Source: Macrostomum lignano (Eukaryota). From it: a DNA stretch of 64,000 nt. The stretch lies in contig NIVC01003487.1 in the NCBI GenBank assembly GCA_002269645.1, positions 1-64,000 on the forward strand, in the 5' to 3' direction. The position numbers and the translations under genes are program-made. This document shows, piece by piece, positions 38,501 to 50,500 of the stretch. The number at the start of each line of letters is the position of its first letter. The first letter of the stretch is position 1. Under the pieces are notes generated by a model. It saw nothing but the letters and a program-made list of their open reading frames with translations. It ran no database searches and was not told where the DNA came from.

Positions 38501-41500
38501 ATGATGGCGGTTTTTGTCACTAACACCGCTAGGGACCATCGGGCAGCATCGTCAAATGGCTCAGCTAAAAACTTTCAGCCAGATGGATTTAGTTCAGTTT
38601 AGATGGATTTAGTTCAGTTTAGGCGGGTTTAGTTTATTTTATATGGATTTAGTTTAGTTTAGGTAGTACCTAATGGGTAGGTTTATTTCAATTTAGGTGG
38701 GTTTAGTTCAGTTTAGATGGATTTAGTTCAGTTTAGGCGGGTTTAGTTCATTTTATATGGATTTAGTTTAGTTTAGGATAGGTAGTACCTAATAGGTAGG
38801 TTTATTTCAATTTAGGTGAGTTTAGTTCAGTTTAGGTGAGTTTAGTTCAGTTTAGATGAGTTTAGTTCAGTTTAGATGAGTTTAGTTCAGTTTAGGTGAG
38901 TTTAGTTCAGTTTATATGAGTTTAGTTCAGTTTAGATGAGTTTAGTTCAGTTTAGGTGAGTTTAGTTCAGTTTAGATGAGTTTAGTTCAGTTTAGGTGAG
39001 TTTAGTTCATTTTAGATGGATTTAGTTCAGTTTAGGTGGGTTTAGTTCAGTTTATTAGGTGGGTTTAGTTCAGTTTAGATAGATTTCCTTTACATCAGAA
39101 ACATTTTAGTTCAGTCCCGTGTTGGGGAAGCAACAAAGAAAATATTAATATTATTTTTTCGAATGAACTGTACAGAAGCCTTGTACAGTCACTATTGGTG
39201 ATTTCTTGAAGAAAATAGTCTGATATCAGCAATGTCCCTTGAGCCTTGCGTACTGTTTTTAAAAGTTGATTTTTAATCTTTCCAACACCTCCCACTTTCA
39301 AGCAGCTTCCTCGGGCTCTCCGCAGCATCGACGAATCTCCAGCAGCGAAGACCAGCCGGCTGCCTCTCAGCATCCTCAACCTCATCACCAGCATCCTACT
39401 CAGCAGCCGCACCTGCTGGCCGAGTTTAGCAAGTTCAAGAATGACAGCGGCACCTTCACGGACTCCGAGATGTCACCGGAATTCCGCGGCTGCACACCTG
39501 ACAAGGTTGGTCACTTTTTAATCTTGACCAGATTCCTAGGACTAGTTCTCCTTGGTCAGCTTTTTATCTCACTCTGTCGTTGGGTCAGTCTCTGTCTGGG
39601 GGTTGACTCATCCTCAGCGCTGAGTGCACAGTTGGGTCTCGCTCAAGTTTTACAATTCACAGTCATTGACAAGCCTGCCCAGGCTCTATCATGATTCATT
39701 AGTCTGAGTTCCATGCTGGCAGTGTCCAAGTGCATGTGTGCACTATCTGCAATAGCGCTTGAGGGCTCGGTCTTGGCTGCAAAGTGGCTTTACTTGTGCG
39801 CTGCTCAGGCTCAGGTTCTCAGTTGCTACATTGGCTATACCGTAGAGCTTTCGGCTTGGCTTACTGTTATTACAGCGCTAAATTGGCCAAATTGCACCTG
39901 CCACTATGGGCTTACTATAAGGCTTTAACTATTTATTATAACTAACTATGCAGCACAACCAGCCAAGTATAAAACACAGTTTCCACACGGCGCGACTGGC
40001 TACAAAAAGAATTAATTAAAAATCATACTTGTGTAGCTTGTGTATTTTCCATAGTGTTAACTGGATCTGCCGGTTCCAGCCCAATTCGGAATACACTTCC
40101 TTTTTTTAGCGTAGTTCGCAGCCGTAGTTTCCCCTGCGCATGCTGCGTTGGTGCTGCATTCTACAGCTGGAATATGATTTGCATTTAGTGCCCGCAGCCA
40201 GCGCCACACTGCTGGATGGCTGCGCAGTTGCCAGTTTTCTCTTCGCTTAGCCTACAGACCGACTCAAATTTCACGGCATTATGCGTGCCTTCATGGCTAA
40301 CTGATTTCGGGGGGGGGGGTATTTCTTCTTCAAATTGACCTCCCAAGACTGGTTTAACCAGCCAGCTCGTCTGTTCAAGTGTTGCAGCTGTGGGCTTGCT
40401 GGTCATTCTCACGAGTTTCTCCAGTTTCCTGGCTCTTTGCACAGGGGGCAGGTTCTATAACTCTGCAATCTCATAAATCTGGGAGCTCAATAATCAGTCC
40501 AATTTGACCTAACAAAGAGTTTTACCTGGATCTGACTTTCATGAACGTTTCTCGCTTTGCTACCTCTGACTCTCCCTTCTCACTCCCTACTCCTTAGTTC
40601 TACATCCACCTAGCCTGACTCTATCCCTTCTCACTCCCTACTCCTTAGCTCTACATCAACCTAGCCTGACTCTATCCCTTCTCACTCCCTACTCCTTAGC
40701 TCTATATCCACCTACCCTGACTCTATCCCTTCTCACTCCCTACTCCTTAGCTCTATATCCACCTACCCTGACTCTATCCCTTCTCACTCCCTACTCCTTA
40801 GCTCTACATCAACCTAGCCTGACTCTATCCCTTCTCACTCCCTACTCCTTAGCTCTATATCCACCTAGCCCTAGCTCCGCCTCTCCCTTTACTTCCTCCC
40901 CTCTGCCTCCCTCTACCCTCTGCCTCCCTCTCTACCTCCCTCTCCCCTCTGCCTCCTCTGCCTCCTGCCCTTTCTGCCTTTCTCTCCGAATCTACGTGTA
41001 CTCATCTCCCCTTCCCTTCTCACTCTTCGGAGAGGGGCCTCTCTTCCCTCCCCACAACATAGCGTCAGCCCCGATAGCCCCAATATAAAGCTATGGAAGT
41101 TCAAGCCGCTGCAATTACACAGTCTGCCTCCAAGTTATCGTAATTATAAAAAACCATTTCGTGGTTTACTAGTAAGAGCCTTATTTACGAGTAAACCCAG
41201 TTAAATTTTAAACTGTTCGACTGGTAATCTATACGCCTGTCTAGGCCTAGCTGCTGTTGAGAATGTACATGCACTATAACATTGATAATGAGTTCTAATG
41301 TTAAGGTTAGAAGTGGCGCTTAAACTCAGTCACATAGTCTGATTGGAGTCGGCTGGCTGCGTGTCTGCGAACTGGCTTGTCATGTATCCAGGCGGGGTTG
41401 GCGAGACTATCCCCTATATTATTTATAGTTTATATTCTATAATATTTTGTGTGCCAGACCCAGACAAGGTGTCACCATTTTAACAGTCCAGGCACCCGAT

Positions 41501-44500
41501 AACATGTGCTTTTGTATCCGTGATTCCTGTGATCGGGGAACAATAGAGATCAAAATCCTTTGGTTTCCAATAGGGATCAGAATCCTATGGTTTCCTATAG
41601 GGATCAGAATCCTATGATCTTCAATAGGGATCAGAATCCTATGGTTTCCAATAGGGATCAGAATCCTATGGTTTCCTATAGGGATCAGAATCCTATGATC
41701 TTCAATAGGGATCAGAATCCTATGGTTTCCAATAGGGATCAGAATCCTATGGTTTCCAATAGGGATCAGAATCCTATGATTTCCAATAGGGATCAGAATC
41801 CTATGATTTCCAATAGGGATCAGAATCCTATGATTTCCAATAGGGATCAGAATCCTATGATCTTCAATAGGGATCAGAATCCTATGGTTTCCAATAGGGA
41901 TCAGAATCCTATGGTTTCCTATAGGGATCAGAATCCTATGATCTTCAATAGGGATCAGAATCCTATGGTTTCCAATAGGGATCAGAATACTATGGTTTCC
42001 AATAGGGATCAGAATCCTATGATTTCCAATAGGGATCAGAATCCTATGATTTCCAATAGGGATCAGAATCCTATGATTTCCAATAGGGATCAGAATCCTA
42101 TGGTTTCCAATAGGGATCAGAATCCTATGATTTCCAATAGGGATCAGAATCCTATGATTTCCAGTAGGGATCAGAATCCTATGGTTTCCAATAGGGATCA
42201 GAATCCTATGGTTTCCAATAGGGATCAGAATCCTATGATTTCCAATAGGGATCAGAATCCTATGATTTCCAATAGGGATCAGAATCCTATGGTTTCCAAT
42301 AGGGATCAGAATCCTATGATTTCCAATAGGGATCAGAATCCTATGATTTCCAATAGGGATCAGAATCCTATGATCTTCAATAGGGATCAGAATCCTATGG
42401 TTTCCAATGGGGATCAGAATCCTATGGTTTCCAATAGGGATCAGAATCCTATGATTTCCAATAGGGATCAGAATCCTATGATTTCCAATAGGGATCAGAA
42501 TCCTATGATTTCCAATAGGGATCAGAATCCTATGGTTTCCAATGGGGATCAGAATCCTATGGTTTCCAATAGGGATCAGAATCCTATGGTTTCCAATAGG
42601 GATCAGAATCCTATGATTTCCTATAGGGATCAGAATCCTATGATCTTCAATAGGGATCAGAATCCTATGGTTTCCAATAGGGATCAGAATACTATGGTTT
42701 CCAATAGGGATCAGAATCCTATGATTTCCAATAGGGATCAGAATCCTATGGTTTCCAATAGGGATCAGAATCCTATGGTTTCCAATAGGGATCAGAATCC
42801 TATGGTTTCCAATAGGGATCAGAATCCTATGATTTCCAATAGGGATCAGAATCCTATGATTTCCAATAGGGATCAGAATCCTATGGTTTCCAATAGGGAT
42901 CAGAATCCTATGATTTCCAATAGGGATCAGAATCCTATGATTTCCAATAGGGATCAGAATCCTATGATCTTCAATAGGGATCAGAATCCTATGGTTTCCA
43001 ATGGGGATCAGAATCCTATGGTTTCCAATAGGGATCAGAATCCTATGGTTTCCAATAGGGATCAGAATCCTATGATCTTCAATAGGGATCAGAATCCTAT
43101 GGTTTCCAATAGGGATCAGAATCCTATGGTTTCCAATAGGGATCAGAATCCTATGATCTTCAATGGGGATCAGAATCCTATGATCTCCAATAGGGATCAG
43201 AATCCTATGCTTTCCAATAGGGATCAAAATCCTATGATCTTCAATGGGGATCAGAATCCTATGATCTCCAATAGGGATCAGAATCCTATGGTTTCCAATA
43301 GGGATCAGAATCCCACCCATAACAATAGGGATCAGAATCCCGGCCCTCGTTTCCAGCACACCACACAACTTAAAAAGCATGCTCACGGAGCAGAGACGAG
43401 ACTCACTGTCCTCACTTACCCCACTGCACCAGGACGCCACCCCACCAAGCAGCAGCAGCAGGCGGAGGAGTCTCCTGAACCACCCGGCGACCTGTCCGAT
43501 GCGTCAATCAAAAGCCGCAGCACCTTGAACAGCATAGTCACCGTCATCGAGAGGACGCATCGACGCTCCAGCAGCGGCCAGCAGCAGCCGCAGCAGCAGC
43601 TCGTCCTGCTGCCCGACTCCGACAGCAACGGCGAGAGCGACGGCGAAGAAGGCGGCAGTCCGCGCTGCCAGCTTCGCCGAAGCCAGCAGCAAAGCAAGCA
43701 GTCCGGGCAAAAGCAGCGAAAACAGCAGCCGCAGCCGCAGCAGTCCTCGGGTGACCGGTCGTCTTCGTCGACGCTCGACGGCGACGAAGAGGTGCCGGCG
43801 TCGCCGACCTCCCCTGAAGAGGCCGGAGCTGCCACCGCCGCATCCGCTGAGGACTTCGATGATAAAGATGGAGCGGAGTCTGAGGTAGGCTTGAAGGGTC
43901 TGTCCGTGTGTGTCTGTCTGTCCGCATGTGTCTCTGTGTGTCTGTCAGTCCGTCTGTCCGCATGTCTGTCTGTCTGTCAGCCCGTCTGTCCGCATGTCTG
44001 TCTGTCTGTCAGTCCGTCTGTCCGCATGTCTGTCTGTCTGTCAGTCCGTCTGTCCGTCTGCCTGTCAGTCCGTCTGTCCGCATGTCTATCCTAATTCCTG
44101 TCCGCCTGTAGGCCTCCGACCTCACCAGCATCTCGGCGGCCGGAGCCTGGGACTACAGCCTCATCCGCTCGCAGCTGCAGTACGAGTTCAACACCTGGGA
44201 CCGGCCGGCCATTCGCACCTTCGGCATCCGCGTCCGCGAGATCCAGTGCCCGCCCTCCGAGACCGTCATCGCCGGCTGGACGGACGAGGAGCTGCTCGCC
44301 AGGGTCCGCCAGCTCGGCCGCCTCCGCGGCGCCGCCGTCCGCCTCAACCCGGCGACGCGGCAGTTCAGCGGCCGGGTCCGCGTGCACGTCAACCTGATCC
44401 GGCCCATCCGGCTCGGCCGCTCGGAGCTGCCGCAGCTGGTGCCGAGGGGTCAGAGCCGCCTGCTGCAGATCACCAGCGCTGTGCGCAGCCAGGAGGTCGT

Positions 44501-47500
44501 GCAGGCGCTGCTCACCGCCCTGCAGGTCAAGGAGCAGGCCTACAAGTTTGCCCTGTATGAGCACTCCATTGAGGGGGACAAGTCGGGTGAGTGGAGACTG
44601 GGATTCAGGATTTCTGGACATACATGCGCAACCTCCAAAATTCGTTCGGCCGTGCGACTTAGTTTTAACAAAAATGCGACGTAGTTTTTGGCCAAAAATG
44701 CGACTTACATGTAAAAAACCCTAAAGCAAATTTAACGCAACTTTGGGTAAACGGCAGGAGTAACTATGACTGCCTTATTAAGCCAAAATGCCTCGTCAGC
44801 TACTTAGTACTACTTCTTGGTTATTTTTTCGGGATGGCATTTTTGCGACTTTCTTGGTTGGCTGCCAAATCGGTCGGCCGAATCGGCCGACTCGGCCGAC
44901 TGTTGCGCATGTATGTTTCTGGATGCTGGGGATTCGGGATTTCTGGATGCTGGGGATTCGGGATTTGTGGATGCTAAGGATTCGGGATTTGTGGATGCTG
45001 GGGATTCAGGATTCGGGATTTCTGGATGCTGGGGATTCAGGGTTCGTGATTTGTGGATGATGGGGGATTGGGATTTGTGGATGCTGGGGATTTGGGATTT
45101 GTGGATGCTGGGGATTCGGGATTAGTGGATGTTACATACATGCGCAACTGCTGGCCGAGCTGGCCGATCCGGCCACCGTAAATCATGGCTGACCAGGGGT
45201 AAGTCGCAAAATTGAGTCGACCAAAAACAGAAAAACACAAGAACCAAGAAAGAAAGGCAACAGGAAAGCGAAAAAAAGAGCAGTTCAAGGAAAAATGGTG
45301 AAGGAAAAGAAAAACAAGTCGCATAAAAAGCAAACTAAGTCGCAAAAAGGATCAGGTAAGTCGCAACAGGAGCAACTAAGTCGCAAAAAGGATCAGGTAA
45401 GTCGCATAAGAAGCAAACTAAGTCGCAAAAAGGATCAGGTAGGTCGCAACAGGAGCAACTAAGTCGCAAAAAGGATCAGGTAAGTCGCATAAGAAGCAAA
45501 CTAAGTCGCAAAAAGGATCAGGTAAGTCGCAACAGGAGCAACTAAGTCGCAAAAAGGATCAGGTAAGTCGCATAAGAAGCAAACTAAGTCGCAAAAAGGA
45601 TCAGGTAAGTCGCATAAGAAGCAAACTAAGTCGCAAAAAGGATCAGGTAAGTCGCAACAGGAGCAACTAAGTCGCAAAAAGGATCAGGTAAGTCGCATAA
45701 GAAGCAAACTAAGTCGCAAAAAGGATCAGGTAAGTCGCAACAGGAGCAACTAAGTCGCAAAAAGGATCAGGTAAGTCGCAAAAAGGATCAGGTAAGTCGC
45801 AAAAGGAGCAACTAAGTTGTAAAAAGGATCAGGTAAGTTGCAATAAGAGCAGCTATATTTAGAATTCAGTTATGTCGCCGATTTATAAGTTTTTAACTAA
45901 GCAAAGCAAGCCAATAACAAGATAGCAATTTAGCAAAATATTAAGTATATTGTGATTATGTAATGTATCTTATCAGACGTCAATTTCAAACTAAAAGAGT
46001 CCACTCTGTAAGATATTTTTTTCTGCTTCGTTGTCATTTGTAACTCGTTCCTGTCGACCTCCAGGAGCATCAGATCGCCAGTGGCTTTTGAGCCAATCAT
46101 TTACATATGCATCAGGCTTGAAATTAGCCAACGGAGGTCCATTTATACGAATCCGCAGCAAATTCTCCAAAGTTTTAGGCGTGAGGCGTGACCTTCTATC
46201 ATAGGCTATGTGCTTATAGATTGAAAACCCCCGTTCAGCCTCTGCAGATGATATAGGCAGTGTTAGGACAACCAGGATCAGTTTTTTTATTTTAGGCAGC
46301 CATTCAACTGTCCTTTTTTCCATAAAGTGACTCCAAAATTTTACGGGGCCTCTACTGCGGTAGGCACAAAAGTCAAACTTGTGTGAAGTAACCAGGCTGT
46401 TTATTAGAATAGAAAACTGCCCAGATATTGTCCTGATGTTGTCTCTAGAATCTGATTCTGAATCTGAATCAGAGTCTCCTGAGACAGGGCTCTCGTCTTG
46501 CATACCAAAGCGTCTAGCCAACGGAATTATTCTTGAGCTGTAAGTGAAAACTGTATGTAATGTCTCAGCCGTAGGCAATGATTCCGGATTGAGTACATCA
46601 AATATTGAATAATCATCCTCAGGAAAATATTTACGCAGTTGACTGACAATGCTATCAATAATGACAAGCCGGATTTCGCTCAGTGCTGGATACGGTCCTA
46701 CATCAGTAGCATCAGTACTGCATCCCCGGCGTCTTAGTCGACTACATGGCTGTTTCAACTCAAACCTTTGTGTTGAATCGTCAGTACCAGCAGGGCACAC
46801 AAAGTCCGAATGAGATAGGTCATTTGTATGACAACGTACACGGTATTCTATATCTGCAGTAGGTCCCACAACTCTGCGGCATCTGCACGAATTTAAGAAA
46901 TCCATAACTCGAGGACCATTGTTTGTCTTTAACATTTCTAAGGAACGGATCAAGTCATTGTGGCGTTTTTGTAATCCTATAAATGTACCTCTGGCACTTT
47001 GAAACTGCAAAGATTCAAATTCCAAAAGCTTTAGAATGTCAGTGAGAAATAGGTGCAAGGAATAATATCGTACATTTTTCAATGTCTTCAGCAATCCGGA
47101 GGCAGTAGCTTTACTTTCATCATCAAAATCTGATGAAGTTGAGATGATATTTTCTAGATTTGTGAGAAGAAGGTAGTATGACTTCCTAATTACATCCAGG
47201 GCGGACACTTCTGATGCAACCCATCTTATGCGATAGATTCTTTTAAGTTCATAAAAAACTTTGTCCAATGCTTCTGAAGTTTCAAGTAATGAAGCTTTGC
47301 GCTTTGTAGCATGTCGCATGTAAAATTTGTATAGAGAATTTATGCTTGTATCAAGGTGCTGCATATATGGGAAGTTTTCAAAAGCATGATAAATTGAAAG
47401 TTCCAACTTATGGGCTGCACAGTGATGCTGGAAGAAATTGTTCTTAGCCCAAGGCCTGAGTCTGCTCACCAATCCTGCTCGATTTCCTGTCATGACTGCT

Positions 47501-50500
47501 GCACCATCAGTTGTCACACCCCATAGTCTTTCTTTGATACCTTCCAGAATATTGTCTTCAGTGAACATACCAATAAGCATTTCATAAATTCTTTGTCCTG
47601 TTTCTACTTGAGCAAGGCGTTTGAACCGATAGAAAAACATCATAGGGTTGCTGTTTTCAAGAATTCTGAAGTAGATCATCAAATAACTATTAGAATGGAT
47701 GTCAGATGTTGTGTCTAATACAATTGAAATTGGAAGATCTTTAGAATTTTTTATATACTTCAGTAGCGTTTTATGCATGGTCATACTGATTGATTCAGCC
47801 ATTGCAGTAGCACTTTTACGATGCCTGTGATGACTGCCCATATCCAAGCCATTCTTTATTTGTAAATCAACCATCAGATTATGTGCACTAAATGGAACAT
47901 TGGCTTTTACTTCAGCATATACAGTCGTTAAAACCCTGGCAGTTATTTCATCTCTTTTGGTTTGTGCTAGTTTAGCCGCCCTATTCATCTCGTTAATTTG
48001 CCTTGCAAGTATGGAGTGGTGTTTCTCTTTCATCCAATTGATGGCTTCAGAGTGAAATAAACTTAATGAATGTCTTTGTAGTTTTCTTCGTACACTATCC
48101 TTTGCATGTCCATTTGGAACATAACCTGATTCGGTCACAAATGTCATGCCACGTTTACTTGCTTCATTTGCTGCTGAGGGAAGTGCATTGGCATACTGTT
48201 GACAGATTCGGCACTGTATTCCAGATCGCGATAGATCATCGGTATTTTGAGTGTATTGAAACCATGTCTTCATTTCATTGGTTACAAATTTCCTCGAAAA
48301 GTACCTAAAATAAATTATTTAGATTAGAGGCAGGCAGTAGATTTAGTAGTAATAGACTAAAAAGGCATTTAATTAAAAGAGAAAAATAAATGCATTAATT
48401 TTTCTTACGCTGACTGATGTGTTTCCAAGGAATCCAGCCACTGCTCTTGAAAACTAGATGTATCTTCCCAATCCTTTCTTAGGACTTGTTCGGTTCTTGC
48501 TTCTCCTGTCCCTGATGGTCCTGATCCTAATGCTGATGTTGCTAAACATGCATCTGCAATTGTACTTATGCATGGCCTTTTTCTTTCGGAAGGTCCTGCA
48601 ATTACAGAGTCACTAATTTGAATATCAACGTCTGGATCACACGAATTGGACGCATCAGCATCTATATCAACAGCTGAAGGCAAAGGCCTACGTCCATGAC
48701 AACAAGATCGCTTTAAGGATTGCCTTTGAACATTTATTTGCCTAACAATTTCTACTTCTAGATCAATTGTTTGCTGGTCACTTTCCAGCACCTTATCCAC
48801 TTCCTGCTCTTGTAGACTTCCAGCTGAGCAAAAGGCACTTTGTTCCGCATGCCCTGCTGTTTGCGCAGTTTGAACAGCTTGATCTCGATTGGCTGCTATT
48901 TCCTGTGAATATTCTATAGCCTTTGCCAGTTCGTTACGATGTGAGCTTGCTGAGCATGCAGATGGGGGTGGCCTTTCACTTCGTGATGGTGAGCTAGGAG
49001 AACTTGTTGGTGAATTAACGATAGTTCCAATATTCTCCTCAAAAATCCAATGTGCGCCTGAGCAGTCATTTTCTTTACCTGGAGTCAATTTGCCAAGTTT
49101 CCACCTTGTAAAAAGCAAAGGCTTTTGTACTTCACTGTTGGATGTAGGACACCGGTTTATGGAATAGTCTTCATGGCCAACTTCATCCCATTCTCTTGCT
49201 GGATTTAGGATGTAGTTAGGCTTATCTCTTAAGGTTGAGTAAATTGATTCAAAAAATGTGCACCTGTTATTGTGTGTACTTCGAGCATATATTATCATGT
49301 CATGTACATTACGCCTTATTATTTCAGCCAAGGAATCGTCAATTGTAAGCTTGTCTAAAAAAATAGGCCTTCTTTGGGTTAAATGCATCTTAGCTAGCCG
49401 CAGTTTTCCAATGCTACCTCTTGAACTAGCATCATCAGTTCTAGAATAGTCTCTTTGATGCAAGAGGATGATGGCCATTGCACTTTTACCATTTCCATTT
49501 TTTAATGCATTTGGATCAGTTGGCAGTGTCCTACTAGCAGACTTGAAGAAACTAGCAATAGACAACTGTGATGATCCTGCAGAGGCAGGAGCTGTTCTTG
49601 GTAGCCCATGTCCAGCTTTTCCTTGGTATCCAATAGAGGAGTCAGTGAAAAACATATCTGCTGTTCCCAGTTTTTCCTTTGATGCTATTACAAACAAACT
49701 ATTTCTCTCTTTGAAGCTAGTTCGATAGAAGTCAGCAGAAAATGTTATCACTGGCTTTCTAACATCACCACTATATTCTTGGACACCAATCAAAAGAAAA
49801 TCACGCAGTCGTACAGATTCTAAAGTTGAGGCAGTAGCACTACTTGGACAAACTTTTTTTAACTCTATGAACTCTGCATATTCCTGCGATCCAATATTTG
49901 GTTCATCTGTATTAAGCTCATTAATGACAATGGAGCACTCTTGAGCTAGGCAGTTATTAAAAAGTAATATGAGCATCATGCTATGCAGAACACTCAAACA
50001 ATGAGTGCAAGGCATGATCCTTTCTTTGTCTTTCATTCAAAGACGAAATTTCTGGCTACAATGTTAAGGAATTTTTTTGTTAGGGATAGCTGTGATCAAA
50101 TAGTAATGATACAACTGGTATAAAATGAAAATAAACTCAATAACATATTTTTTGGGAACTTACCTTTGACGTGTAATTACTAACTGAATATAATAGTAAC
50201 ACCAAGGATTCCACAAAGGCTACTGGATTGAAGTTAAGTTTAAAGGGCTAAAAGTCGAAGGTTAAATAAAATGAGATAACCTGTAAAGCAAGAGAAAGAT
50301 ATTCTTTTTATGGGCAAAGCAAAGTCAGCGCGGCAAAGGTAGCATGGGCAAAGGTAGAGTGAAGTAAAAGAAAATGCCAAAGAGCTAAATATGTACAAGA
50401 AAAGGTCAACCAACTATGCTAGTTGGATTTTTATATGATAAGATTAAGAACAAAAAGAGCCTTGGAAATGGTAAGGACAGCGGCTGCACATGTATGCTAA

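Noticed and set aside
41437-43440. 667-aa minus-strand ORF and similar long ORFs at 7723, 12928-14533, 14738-15827 and 51617-53113
   Set aside because: They are translations of tandem repeats lying in introns defined by neighbouring exons.
44745-44808. rRNA gene
   Set aside because: Only about 64 bp, diverged, and embedded in a MITE.
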